NCBI GenBank assembly: GCA_030390025.1
Contig: CM059432.1
Span: 26,600,001-26,664,000, forward strand
Length of the DNA stretch: 64,000 nt
Direction of reading: 5' to 3'
DNA from: Squalus acanthias
Lineage: Eukaryota
Below the pieces are notes generated by a model, which did no database searches, was not told the DNA's origin, and saw only the letters and a list, made by a program, of their open reading frames with translations. Position 1 is the stretch's first letter. Each line of letters starts with the position of its first letter. A program made the position numbers and the translations under genes. Positions 25,180 through 37,552 of the stretch are shown here, one piece after another.

Positions 25180-28100
25180 GTTAAGTGGCAAACATTTAAA
25201 GAAATAATCCAAAATTCTCAACGAATATACATTTCATTGAGAAATAAAAACTCCATGGGAAAAGTGATCCATCCGTGGCTAACTAAAGAAGTTAAGGATA
25301 GGATTAGATTAAAAGAAGAGGCTTATAAGGTTGTGAAGAATAGTAGTAAGCCTGAGGATTGGAAGAACTTTAGAAACCAGCAAGGGATGACCAAAAAATT
25401 GATACAAAGGGAGAAAATAGAATATGAGAGTAAACTAGCAAGAAATATAAAAACAGATTGTAAGAGCTTCTACAAGTATGTAACAAGCAAGAGAGTAGCA
25501 AAAGTAAGTGTTGGTCCCTTAGAGGCTGAGACAGGAGAAATTATAATGGGGAATAAGGAAACGGCAGAGACTTTAAACAAATATTTTTTATCTGTCTTCA
25601 CAGTAGAAGACACAGAAAGCATACTAAAAATAGTGGGGGACCAAGGGGCTAATAAGAGTGAGGAACTTAAAGTAATTAATATCAGTAGAGAAAAAGTACT
25701 TGAGAAACTAATGAGACTAAAAGCTGACAAATCCCCTGGACTCGATGGCCTACATCCTAGGGTTCTAAAACAGGTGGCTACAGAGATAGTGGATGCATTG
25801 GTTGTGATCTTCCAAAATTCCATAGATTCTATAATGGTCCCAGTGGATTGGAAGGTAGCAAATGTAACCCCACTATTCAAGAAAGGAAGGAGAGAGAAAA
25901 AAGGGAACTACAGGCCAGTTAGCCTGACATCAGTCATCGGAAAATGCTGGAATCCATTATTAAGGAAGTGGTAACAGGGCACTTAGGAAATCATAACATG
26001 ATTAGGCAGAGTCAACATAGTTTTATGAAAGGGAAATCGTGTTTAACAAATTTATTAGAGCTTTTTGAGGATGTAACTAATAGGGTAGATAAAGGGGAAC
26101 CAGTGGATGTAGTATATTTGAATTTCCAAAAGGCATTCTATAAGGTGCCACATATAAGGTTGCTACACAAGATAAAGGCTCATGAGGTTGGGGGTAATAT
26201 ATTAGCATGGATAGATGATTGGTTAACGGACAGAAAACAGAGAGTAGGGATAAACAGGTAATTTTTCAGTTGGCAGGCTGTAACAAGTCGGGTGCGTCAA
26301 TGATCAGTGCTTGGGTCTCAGCTATTTACAATCTATATTAATGACTTAGATGAAGGGATTGAGTAGAGTGTATCCAAGTTTGCTGACGATACAAAGCTAG
26401 GTGGGAAAGTAAGCTGTGAGGACACAAAGAGCCTGCAAAGGGATATAGACAGGTTCAGTGAGTGGGCAATAACGTGGCAGATGGAGTATAATGTGGGGAA
26501 ATGTGAGGTTATTCACTTTGGTAAGAAGAATAGAATAACAGAAAAACAGAATATTTTTAAATGGTGAGAAACTATTAAATGTTTGTGTTCAGAGAGGAAG
26601 GACAGGAAGCTAGGAAAAGGTGGACAGGTGGCTCTGTTAATTAATGATGGTATTAGCACAATAGGAAGGGATGACCTAAGTTCAGGAAACCAGGATGTAG
26701 AAGCTGTTTGGGTAGAGATGAGAAATGATAAAGGGAAGAAGTCACTTGTGGGAGTGGTGTACAGGCCCCCTAACAGTAACCACACGGTAGGATGGAGTAT
26801 AAAGGAAGAAATAATGGGAGCTTGTCAGAAAGGTATGGCAATAATCATGGGGGATTTTAATCTACTATAGACTGGAAAAATCAGATGGGCAAAGGTAGCC
26901 TAGATGAGGAGTTCATAGAATGTTTTCGGGATAGTTTCTTAGAACAGCACGCTCTGGAGCCAACCAGAGAGCAGGCTATACTAGACCTGGTATTGTGCAA
27001 CGAGATAGGATTAATTAATGACCTCATAGTGAAGGCGCCCCATGGTAGCAGCGATCATAATATGATTGAATTTTACATTCAGTTTGAGGGAGAGAAGAGT
27101 GGGTCCAAGACTAGTATTTTAAACTTAAATAAGGGCAATTATGAGGGCATGAAAGCAGAGCCAGCTAAAGTGAACTGGCAATTTAGGTTAAGGGATAGGT
27201 CAATAGAGTTGCAGTGGCAGACATTTAAGGGGATATTTCAGAATACACAGAATATATACATTCCAACGAGAAAGAAAAATTCCAAGGGGAGGACCCACCA
27301 TCCATGGTTAACTAAAAAAAGTTAAAGATAGTATCAAACTTAAAGAAAAAACATATAATTGCACAAAGATGGGTGGCAGGTCAGAAGATTGGACAGAATA
27401 TAAAAAAAAGCAAAGAATGACGAAAAGATTAATAAGGAGAGAAACATTAGAGTACGAGAGAAAGCTAGCTAGAAATATAAAAACTGATAGTAAGTTTCTA
27501 TAGATATTTTAAAAAGAAAAGAGTTAACAAAGTGAGCGTTGGTCCTATAGAAAGTGAGTCTGGGGAATTAATAATGGAAAATAAGGAGATGGCAGTTGAA
27601 TCGAACAGGTATTTTGCATCGGTCTTCACTATAGAGGATACAAGTAACATCCCAGAAATAGCTGTAAATCAGGAAATGGAAGGGAGGGAGGAACTCAAGA
27701 AAATTACAATCACCAGGGAAGTGGTACTGAGCAAATTGTTGGAGCTGCGGGCTGACAAGTCCTCGGGTCCTGATGGACTTCATCCTAGGGTCTTAAAAGA
27801 AGTGGCTGGTGAGATAGTTGATGCGTTGATTTTAATTTTCCAAAATTTCCTAGATTCGGAGAAGGTTCCATTAGATTGAAAAATAGCGAATGTAACTCCT
27901 TTATTCAAAAAGGGAGACAGAAAGCAGGAAACTACAGGCCAGTTAGCTTAACATCTGTCATAGGAAAGATGTTAGAAGCTATTATTAAAGACGTTATAGC
28001 AGGGCATTTAGAAAAGTTCAAGGTAATCAGGCAGAGTCAACGTGGTTTTGTGAAAGGGAAATTATGTTTAACAAATTTATTGGGAGTCCTTTGAGGAAGT

Positions 28101-30045
28101 AACATGTGCTGTGGATAAAAGGGAACCGGTGGATGTACTGTACTTAGATTTCCAGAAGGCATTTGAAAAGGTGCCACATCAAAGGTTATTGCGGAAAATA
28201 AAAGCTCATGGTGTAGGGGGTAACATATTGGCATGGAATAGAAGATTGGCTAGCTAACAGGAAACAGAGAGTAGGCATAAATGGGTCATTTTCTGGTTGG
28301 CAAGATGTAACAAGTGGTGTGCCACAGGGATCAGTGCTGGGGCCTCAACTTTTTACAATTTATATAAATGACTTGGATGAAGGGACTGAAGGTATGGTTG
28401 CTAAATTTGCTGATGATACAAAGATAGGTAGGAAAGTAAATTGTGAAGAGGACACAAGGAGGCTACAAAGTAATATAGATAGGTTAAGTGAGTGGGCAAA
28501 GATCTGGCAAATGGAGTATAATGTGGGAAAATGTGAAATTGTCCATTTAGGCAGGAAAAATAAAAAAGAAGCATATTATTTAAATGGTGAGAGATTGCAG
28601 AGCTCTGAGATGCAGAGGGATCTGGGTGTCCTAGTGCACGAATCACAAAAGGTTAGTATGCAGGCACAGCAAGTAATTAGGAAAGCTAATAGAATGTTAT
28701 CATTTATTGCAAGGGGAATTAAATACAAAAGTAGGGAGGTTATGCTTCAGTTATACAGGGCATTGGTGAGACCACATCTGGAGTACTGTGTACAGTATTG
28801 GTCTGCTTATGTAAGGAAGGATGTAAATGCGTTGGAAGCAGTTCAGAGAAGGTTTACTAGACTAATACCTGGAATGGGCGGGTTGTCTTATGAGGAAAGG
28901 TTGGATAAGCTAGGCTTGTATCCGCTGGAGTTTAGAAGAGTAAGAGGTGACTTGATTGAAACATATAAGATCCTGAGGGATTTTGACAGGGTGGATGTGG
29001 AGAGGACGTTTCCTCTTGTAGGAGAATCTAGAACTAGGGGTCACTGTTTAAAAATAAGGGGTCGCCCATTTAAGACAGAGATGAGGGGAAATTTTTTCTC
29101 ACAGAGGGTCATGAGTCTTTGGAACTCTCTTCCTCAGAGGACGGTGGAAGCAGAGTCTTTGAATATTTTTAAGGCAGAGGTAGATAGATTCTTGATAAGC
29201 AAGGGGGTGAAAGGTTATCGGGGGTAGGCGGGAATGTGGAGTAATCGGATCAGCCATGATCTTATTGAATGGCGGAGCAGGCTCGAGGGGCCGAGTGGCC
29301 TACTCCTGCTCCTAATTCGTATGTTCGTATTTAGGTGTACTGGTACAGGAAACACAGAAAGTTAGCATGCAGGTACAGGAAGCAATTAGGAAGGCAAATG
29401 GCCTGTTGGCCTTTATTGCAAGGGGGTTGGAGTACAAGAGTAAGGAAGTTTACTATAATTGTACAGGGCTTTGGTGAGACCACACCTGTAGTACAGCACA
29501 CAGTTTTAGTCTCCTTAGCTGAGGAAGGACATATTTGCCTTAGAGGTGGTGCAATGAAGATTCACTAGACTGATTCCTGGGATGAGAGGATTGTCCTATG
29601 AGGAGAGATTGAGTAGATTGGGTCTATACACTCTGGAGTTTAGAAGAACGAGATGTGATCTCATTGAAACATATAAGATTTTGAGGGGGATTGACAGGGT
29701 AGATGCTGAAAGGTTGTTTCCCCTGGCTGGAGAGACTAGAACAAGGGCGCATAGTTTCAGGATAAGTGTTCGGCCATTTAAGACTGAAATGAGGAGGAAT
29801 TTCTTCACTCAGAGGGTTGTGAATCTTTGGAATTCTCTACCCCAAAGGGCTGTGGATGCTGAATCGTTGTGTATATTCAAGGCTGAGATAGATAGATTTT
29901 TGGACTCTAGGGGAATCAAGGGATATGGAGATCAGGCAGGAAAGTGGCGTTGAGGTCAAAGATCAGCCATGATCTTATTGAATGGCAGAGGAGGCTCGAG
30001 GGACCGTGTGGCCTACTCCTGCTTCTAATTCTTATTATCTTATGT
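25180..30045 (+). mobile_element. CR1 LINE 'A' (5'-truncated), interrupted by CR1 'B' at 26597-29328
   Basis: RT fragments on both sides; joining 26596 to 29329 restores VQRDLGVLV; CR1 3'UTR at 29955-30045. Confidence 0.9.
26597..29328 (+). mobile_element. CR1 LINE 'B' (endonuclease to 3' end; frameshifted)
   Basis: Endonuclease motifs (YRPP, GDFN, SDHN), RT ORF 28319-29227, (TTCGTATG)n tail. Confidence 0.92.
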
Positions 30046-30699
30046 TTTCAAGGATGGTAGGAAGACAAGCCATAACCAGAGAGCCTGAACCTACACACAC
30101 CAACGTACTCTTCTTCGGAACCTCAAAACTTCTTCTATCCCACTTTGTTCCTTCCTATCCTGTACAACCTTTAAAAAAAAACTTGACATTATTCAATCAC
30201 TACTTCCAGATTGATCTTATTTTCTCTTTTCAACCTTATTTTAGCCCTTCATCTTGATTTCTCAACCAAAGTATGCTCTCACACACTTGTTGTCAGCCAA
30301 TAGTGCGAGAAGAATGGGAGTGGAGAATGGTCCACACCTAGAAAATTTATGGAGCGCAAATTATTAACTGCATATTGGGCAAAAAAAATCCAGAGAAGAT
30401 CGTGCAAGCAATGGTCATAATGAAGAGTTAAAGAAGAGTGAATTCAGCTGTAGACTGAACTGATCAAGACAAATTGACCTCTTTGTGCCCATTCTTGGGT
30501 CGATTTTGTCCATGGAAAATTGAATCCTGTTCAAATCAGGTCCAGATAAGAGAGAAATCTTTTGTTACAGCAGCTTTCTTGGAGTAGGAGTAATTCAATG
30601 AACCAGGTTTGATCAATGTTATGGCAGGAAGAAATACAAAGGAGTGTACAAGCATAGCAATACTATCAGCTATCCTACATTGAGCGATGTACAGTTTGT

Positions 30700-30995
30700 G
30701 GAGGAGTCCAAAGCTAGATGTCATAAATATAAAATAGTCACTAATAAATCCAATAAGGAATTCAGGAACTCCTTCTTTATCAGAGAGTGGTTCGAATGTG
30801 GAAATCACTATCACATGGAGCCGTAGAGGCGAATAGCATAGATGCATTTAAGGGGAATCTAAATAAGTACATGAGGGAGAAAGGAATAGATGGATATGCT
30901 GACAGGATTAGATGAAGTAGGGACGAGGCTCATAGGGGGCATAAACATAGACCAGTTGGGCCAAATGGCCTGTTCTGTGCTGTAAATACTATACA
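30700..30995 (+). mobile_element. Old CR1 3' fragment
   Basis: RCHKYKIV...FRNSFFIREW plus a CR1-type 3'UTR (gggccaaatggcctgttctgtgctgtaa). Confidence 0.65.
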
Positions 30996-31181
30996 ATTCA
31001 GTGTAATACTATCAAAAGTTGTCAGCTCTTTTAAAGATCTTTAATCAATGGTTTTTCTGTGCAACATTTAAAGATAGCTGGCTCTGCAGAAACCCATTGC
31101 CCTTTCATCTAAACAATCACTCACCCAAATCTCTCTGGTAAGGCCTGGTTTACATATTTCATGCTCTAACAGAAATAAACA

Positions 31182-31398
31182 GTGAGAAGTCGCACAACAC
31201 CAGGTTATAGTCCAACAGTTTTATTTGAAATCACAAGCTTTCGAAGCGCTGCTCCTTCATCAGGTGACGAAGGAGCAGCGCTTCGAAAGCTTGTGATTTC
31301 AAATAAAACTGTTGGACTATAACCTGGTGTTGTGCGACTTCTCACATTTGTCCACCCCAGTCCAACACCGGCATCTCCACATCATGGCTATCATCAGT
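31182..31398. mobile_element. Penelope-like element fragment: 164-bp palindrome plus tail
   Basis: 31182-31262 is the reverse complement of 31265-31345 with 1 mismatch; flanked by AATAAACA(G) at 31174 and 31399. Confidence 0.75.
31231..31267 (-). ncRNA. Minimal type I hammerhead ribozyme motif
   Basis: tcac-CTGATGA-a-ggag-cagcg-cttc-GAAA-GC-TT-gtga: intact core, 4-bp stems I and II, palindromic AAGCTT in place of stem III. Confidence 0.75.
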
Positions 31399-31759
31399 AA
31401 TAAACAGCACACTATAAGACAAATTTTGACCAATTATTATCAGAAACTAATCAGCAATAATATTTACCAGAATGTATAAATAAGGGAATTTGTTGTCGCA
31501 AATGTTTTAGTGCTCAGTTTTTTCAAAACTGCATTTTAATCTAGCGCAGAAAATCTTCTCACTCTGCGAGTTGTATTGGTCTTCTGTGAAATTTGTATGT
31601 GCCAGTCTCAATCCAGTGTTTCATGGTTGTGCATCGATTAAACTTCCCCTCTTTTGGCATTATTTGGCATTCACTTGGAAGTCTCACTCAGAAAGGCTGC
31701 ATTGACAGTTCATTTTGGAAATAAAACTTCTGTAGCAAGGCATGGACTTCTGACAAAAA

Positions 31760-32180
31760 GAACAATTTGTATTTAAATAGCACCTTCAGCAGAAAAATGT
31801 CCTAAGGCACTTCAAAGAAGCAAAAGGAAAAATGGACGCCAAGCCAAAGAAGAATAAGAGAGGTGACCAAAAGTTTGGTCAAAACCATAGGTATGAAAGA
31901 TGGTGTTAAAGTAAGAGAGGGAGTGGGAGGCAGAGGGATTTAGGGAAGGAATTCTAGAGCAGAGGACCGAGGAGGCTGATTGCACAGCTGCCAATTGTAA
32001 GGCAAAAGGAGGGTAGGATGCACAAGAGGCCAGAGTCAGAGGAACAGACAGGGGGCGGGTGGGGGTGGTGGGGGGGGGGGGTTAGTGTAGGGTTGGAAGG
32101 TGGGGCAAGGCTAAGAACGGATTTAAACATGAGGATGAGAATTTTAAGCTTGAAGTGTTAGGGTACTGGTTGTAAAATTA
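31760..32180 (-). mobile_element. L2 LINE 3' fragment
   Basis: L2-type 3'UTR (ggtgaccaaaagtttggtcaaa, gagggatttagggaaggaattctagagc); related to 49770-50055. Confidence 0.6.
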
Positions 32181-32613
32181 GGTCTTGGATTACTCTGGCA
32201 AACAGCGAACAAATACACAATGAACTAAATGGCCTCCTTATTATAAAATTCTGGGGAAGAAATTCGGTATCGTCCTGTTTGGGGCGCTATTATCGCTCGT
32301 GGGTCAAGTTTAGCGCCCGGCGCTAATTATCGCCTCCGACTGCAAACTTGGCTTCTATCGCCCCTGGAGGTGATTTGAGCACTAAATCAGGCGCTACACA
32401 CCTGTCTTAAGGTGCTAACGTCGAGGAGCGAGGCGCTACCTCAGAGCGTGGGCGACGCTCAGGTGATGTCAGTTAGCAATGGAACACAGACAGACTGGCG
32501 CCAGCCAGTTCTTAAAGGGGAGGGTCCATGTTGCTGTCCAGCCACAACATGCTCATTGCAGCCTTTAAACTCGGCTTGGAGAGACCTGTAAATCAATTGT
32601 GCTGGAACCACGA

Positions 32614-34443
32614 ATGGATAGGCCCAGGGAAAGAGCTCAGCGCTTCAGCGACTGGGCCTTGGTGGCTCTGGTTGGTGCTGTGGAGCAGTGACGGGCAGTG
32701 CTTTACCCACACAGTGGCAGGAGGCCATTGCCCCGTGAATACAGAAGAGTCTGGAGGGAGGTGGCTCAGCACGTCTCCTCCAGGAGCCTGGTGCCGAGGA
32801 CCCACATCCAATGCCGTAAGAAGTTCCATGACCTCACTTGGGTGGTCAGGGTGAGTGGCTGCTTTTCAATACCTCTACATCCCTCCATCTCAACTTCACT
32901 CTGTGCCCAGAGGGTTTAAAAACCCCAAATTCCCAACACTCATCCAAGACCTATGGTCATCTCATAAAACACACACGCACATTCCACACCTTGCATACAT
33001 TAAGGGCTATTCAAGTATTGGAGACACATCAGGCAAGCACATGGCTGCATACATTAAGGGCTATTCGACTATGGGAGGCACATCAGGCAAGCACATGGCT
33101 GCACATTCACTCAGATGCTGTCCTTTTTCTTGCAGGCCAAGCTATCTCATAACAGGCGGCAGCAGCAATGCATGGGAGGAGGACCGGCTGACCTACACAC
33201 CCTCACCGATTTGGAGGCGTGTGTGCACAGGATCATTGCCAGCCAGGTCATAGGTGCCATGGCCGCTGGAGAGGTCGACCCCCTTGGGGACAGCAATGGT
33301 ATGTTCATCAGCTTTCTCTCCTCTCTCATTCCACTTGCCCCTCACAACACCAGCCTTTTATACTTTCAATCCAACTTACTAAATGTCTCCAGTCCTTGCT
33401 CCCTTACTGCCCCCCTGTCCTGACACTAAAGCCACTCTTGTACCTCCCTGCTTTCAGATAGTGAACCACCAGCTGACCAGCCTGTCCCTCAACCTACCAG
33501 TGGCAGCGACAGCACAGGCGAGGAGGAAGAGGAAGCCGGAGCCTCACTGCCTGCATCACCCGAGGGAGCCCATTCTGACACTGGGACCACGCCTTCCTTG
33601 GAGGGGAGCAGGGGGGTAGAGTCTGATGAGGATGAAGCTCTGGGACCCAGCGGGCTGCAGCAATGCCATGGGGGTAGGGAAGCTCAGGGGCCAGCTCCCC
33701 GGAGGGCGAGTAGGCAAGCGAGTCCTGCTGCACAGGACTCAGAGGAGGACAGCGTCATTGCGGCCATGAATAGCCAGGCCCTGAGCATGCACACTGAGCT
33801 CATGGGTGCAATGGCAAGGATGCCCAAAAGCATGGATGGACTGGCTAGGAGTGTGGAGCTGTCTGCTGCAGCACAGACCGACGCAACACAATGGCTTAGT
33901 GCTGCAATTAAGTCATTGGCTGGTGCCATCCAGTCTCAGACTGCTCTCACGCAGTCTCAGATTGATGTCACGCAAGCATTGACTGCTGCATTCCTCGCTG
34001 GGTTGGCCACATTGCCCCAGGGCTCTCACAGTACCGCAGCAGGCCAGCAATCTGTGCTCGAGCAGATTGCTCTGGATGCTGAGGTACTGCCCCGTGGGAG
34101 TGCCAATGTGTCGGTTGAGCAGGAAGGTGCTGTCCTCTCTCAGGATGACAGCATTCCTGCTCCCACCACTGGCACTTTCCCATTGCACTTGCCACAGCCT
34201 GCAACACAGCCAGCCCAGACTGCTGCCGCCCATTCAGAGTTGGTGCAGTCTGCAGTCGGGGCCTCCAGGCCCAGAGCTGGTCGAGGGCGTCCTTCAAGGG
34301 CATCTGTAGTCTCAGGTTCTGACAATCAGCAGCCTTCCACCAGCCTTGCTGCAGCCACTGGGGCCACATTATGGAAGAGCAGTAGGGTGGGAAGGGGGGA
34401 AGTGCGCAAGGGATGGAGATCACCCTTGAAGGGCAAACAGTAG
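32614..34443 (+). pseudogene. Harbinger Myb/SANT-like DNA-binding protein; 3 exons (32614-32850, 33136-33298, 33458-34443), one nonsense codon in exon 1
   Basis: MDRPRERAQRFSDWALVALV...WREVAQHV...RTHIQCRKKFHDL. GTGAGT and GTATGT donors and pyrimidine-CAG acceptors keep the frame into ORF 33598-34443. Confidence 0.85.
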
Positions 34444-34755
34444 GAGGTCTAAATAAATGGTGGGCATGTTTGTAGTAAAGGTCGAGGTTCGTGTGATTAC
34501 ATTTGTTTACTGTTTTTCCGTTTATCTCCATCTTGTGAGAACCAGTTCTGTTAGTTCATGATTTGTTGTGTTTGTTTCTAATTGTTTGTCCTGAATAAAT
34601 GACACATACAGAGTTTGTTAAAGAAAAAAGTTTTTGTATTCAATATGTACATGTTTGGCCTTTGGAATCATTGCTGCCTTGGCTGGCTATAGGGGCTGCG
34701 GGTTGCTTTCCATGATGTTGTGCTCCATGCCAGAAGCCATCTCCTGAGTAGGGGC

Positions 34756-35464
34756 CTAGAAGCGGCTTCTTATCAGCCGTTCACGGACGGCCCTTGCACT
34801 GACAACATTGTGGGCCTCCCTCCCATGTTAGTGCTGCTGCTGATCCTCCTCCTCATCCTCCTCCTCCTCTTCCTCCTCCTCCTCCTCAGATGGTGCACCA
34901 GTCCCTAGTGGCATTGGCTGGGTCCTCAGGATTGGCAGGTTGTGAAGCATGCAGCACACAACTATGAACAGGGAGACTCGCTCAGGAGAGTACTTCAGGG
35001 CTCATCCTGAGTGGTCCAGAGAGCGGAACCGTTTCTTCAGCACGCCGATCGTCTGCTCAATTATGTTCCTGGTGGTGATATGGCTCTCATTATACCGCAG
35101 CTCGGCAGGGGTATTGGGGTTACGGAGCGGTGTCATCAGCCAGGTGCAGAGTGGATAACCCTTGTCCCCGAGGAGCCATCCACTTGGGTGATGCGGCGCC
35201 TGGAAAAGGTCTGGTGCACCAGTCTGGCGCAGGATGAAAGCATCGTGGCTGCTGCCAGGATAGCGGGCATTGACGGCGAGTATGAGCTTTGTGTGGTCAC
35301 AGACCAACTGCACATTTAAGGAGTGGAACCCCTTGCGGTTTCGGAATACCTCTGCATTTTCATGCGGTGCCCGCAATGCCACATGCGTGCAGTCAATGAC
35401 GCCCTGCACCATGGGGAAGCCCGCTATCCTAGCAAAGCCACATGCGCGTTCATGCTGTTTGGCC
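34756..35464 (-). pseudogene. Harbinger DDE transposase, C-terminal part
   Basis: GVIDCTHV...[15 protein letters not shown]...[10 protein letters not shown]...LLGDKGYP...[12 protein letters not shown]; one internal TGA at 35002. Confidence 0.92.
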
Positions 35465-37153
35465 TGTAAGGGGTTCTTGTCGTGCTTGTGTCACAGACGG
35501 TGCTGGTGCGAGGTTAGGCCTTCGTTGCCTAATACTATTGCTTGCTCTGGTCTCCGGCCAGCCTTGTTGCAATAAGCACCTGTGAGTGGTTCGACCCACT
35601 CGCCCTTACGGTTCTAACACTGGACTTAGGTGCGAGAGCAGTAATGCAGAGAAAAACTCAAATAGACCCGGTTGAATAGTACGAAATGGAAAATCTTTAT
35701 TACATAGCGTCCAAGATCATGAAGTACATGTCATAGGCGCAAATTAACGAGAGTACAAGTATGCATACATTCATAAAGCTTGGTCTATGGTAATGAAGAA
35801 CGCACGGCACATCGTAAAAAACATTATACTTTATCCTTAATAAAACCATCCTCCCCTATCAATACCTACACTACATCTAGATTTGTAGGATCGGGAAACA
35901 TGCTCACCACTCGTGATACTTCGGAGAATTTTAAAGTGAGGCACTCGGCTCGTTCGCTGCAGCGCCTGACTGTCACGTGTTTGGAGGGGTCTCTGTACCC
36001 CACTTGTTTATCTTCGCTGCTGCGACAAGCAGGCCGGGCTCCCCGTTGTCATGAAGAACTCGACATAACTCGGGCCCTGTTGTAGAACTCAAAGAAAAGT
36101 CTTCCTGTACTGACACCAGTTGTCGGTAGAATTCAATGAAGAGTCTTCCTATGGTGATGAAGTCGATGGACCTAAACCGGTTCGTGCAATAACCCGTAGA
36201 ATTCAAGAAATGAGTTCTATGTTTTCGGGCGCGGTCGGGGTTTACTGAACGCGGCGGCACGTGGATTCTTCTTCTTTTCTTGTCATTTCGTCTTTTCTTG
36301 TTGGGCCTTCAGGTCCAGACATCGTTTACCGACTCTCGGGATGGTGCACCCGGTCACTTGCCCTTGTCGAGGCGGCTCGTTCCGTTTGAGCTCCACCCAA
36401 CATTCGAATAACCGACCAGTACGGCTAAAAGTCAAGAGTCAACAAAGTCCAGAGAAACACAGAAGGCTGCTCGTCCAGCAGAGCGATACCCGAGGATCAG
36501 AATAAGAGAATAAGAGAGCGATGGACATTTGTTCTCTATAGTTATAGTGCTGTGTCCCCTTATCTCCCGCTCAAATCTTAATGTTTGTCCTTTGTATAAT
36601 ATTGGCGCTCAAAACTCCCAGCTTGGGGTGATTCTTTCCTTAACGGGTTTCGGTAGCACCTGAAACTGGCCAACTACCCGTTAATGTTTTCCTCATTGTT
36701 GAACCGGCTAGGAGCCTCCCTGGCTGGGTTTTTGGGGGCCCCCGAATGCTTGCTTAATCACCCGTCGATGTCTCTCTCATTGTAGAGCCGTGGGGGTATT
36801 TGTGTATTGATGTGTCTGGATGGGCCTTCGATTGCCCAGTACAATGGTCCTTACTTGTGCATGGACAACGATTCCAGCACTTATATCTTTTGCTATTGTT
36901 TCGAATGCAAACAGGTTGCATCCTGTCTTTATCAGTGTTTATCGAGTATGATCCCGTCTTATATTGAAATGTTTATTCGAACGCCATCTTGTCTGCCCAC
37001 TGTGATTCTGGAAGCTTCTGCCACGATGCGCGGCAGCCATTTTACAGGGTTCTGTGTCCTTTATATCATGACAGCATTTTGTTTAATAAAACTGATCAAA
37101 CGAACCTGCTTCTATCTTGTTATTTTGAATCGCGATAATTGCGAAACTTTACA
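35465..37153 (-). repeat. 3' LTR (1689 bp)
   Basis: Direct repeat of 46483-48169; AATAAA on the minus strand at 35696-35701. Confidence 0.97.
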
Positions 37154-37166
37154 GTCCCTCCTGTTG
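37154..37166 (-). promoter_or_regulatory. Polypurine tract
   Basis: The minus strand reads AACAGGAGGGAC immediately before the TG of the 3' LTR. Confidence 0.75.
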
Positions 37167-37552
37167 ATGCGAATAACTCCGCTTATCGTATCAATTAAAA
37201 GTGGTGGTGAGCAAAATTATCCCGATTCTCCACATCCAAACACTCCCTTAACTTAAACTATCTATGGCCACCATGCAGTCCTCATTTCCCAGGGAAATTA
37301 CATTGTTTAAACTTGGACAAATCGTAGGCAGTATTGCCTTTAAACTTACATTGCGTATACGCCTTCCAGGTGCAGCAGGCCGATGCCTCTCGCACCACCT
37401 GTATATGCATTTTATTATACATGGAAAAATAATCAAAACAACTCTTTTAAAAATACAAAGTTCCAAAAACTTAGTTATACATACTCATAACTAAACAATC
37501 AATTACAAAAAAAACCACACATGGTAAAATGGAGCGGCGTCATCCTGGCTGT

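Larger units (their letters stand above)
21846..28000 (+). repeat. Segmental duplication, copy 1 (matches 53154-59065 and 63812-64000)
   Basis: Unique and repeat sequence are near-identical at an offset of about 31308. Confidence 0.95.

Noticed and set aside
32993..33105. 54-bp tandem duplication in Myb intron 1
   Set aside because: Ordinary local duplication in an intron with no evident function.
34756..35464. Domesticated HARBI1/NAIF1 host genes
   Set aside because: TIRs, nonsense codons, an ERV insertion and several degenerate paralogs in the window show these are transposon copies.
36807..37256. 149-aa antisense ORF in the LTR, repeated at 47823-48293
   Set aside because: No motif, and it runs out of the LTR into unrelated flanks; presence in both LTRs is expected at ~98% identity.
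37248..37466. 72-aa ORF between env and the 3' LTR as an accessory gene
   Set aside because: Non-ATG start, short, and no recognisable features; cannot be supported without homologs.
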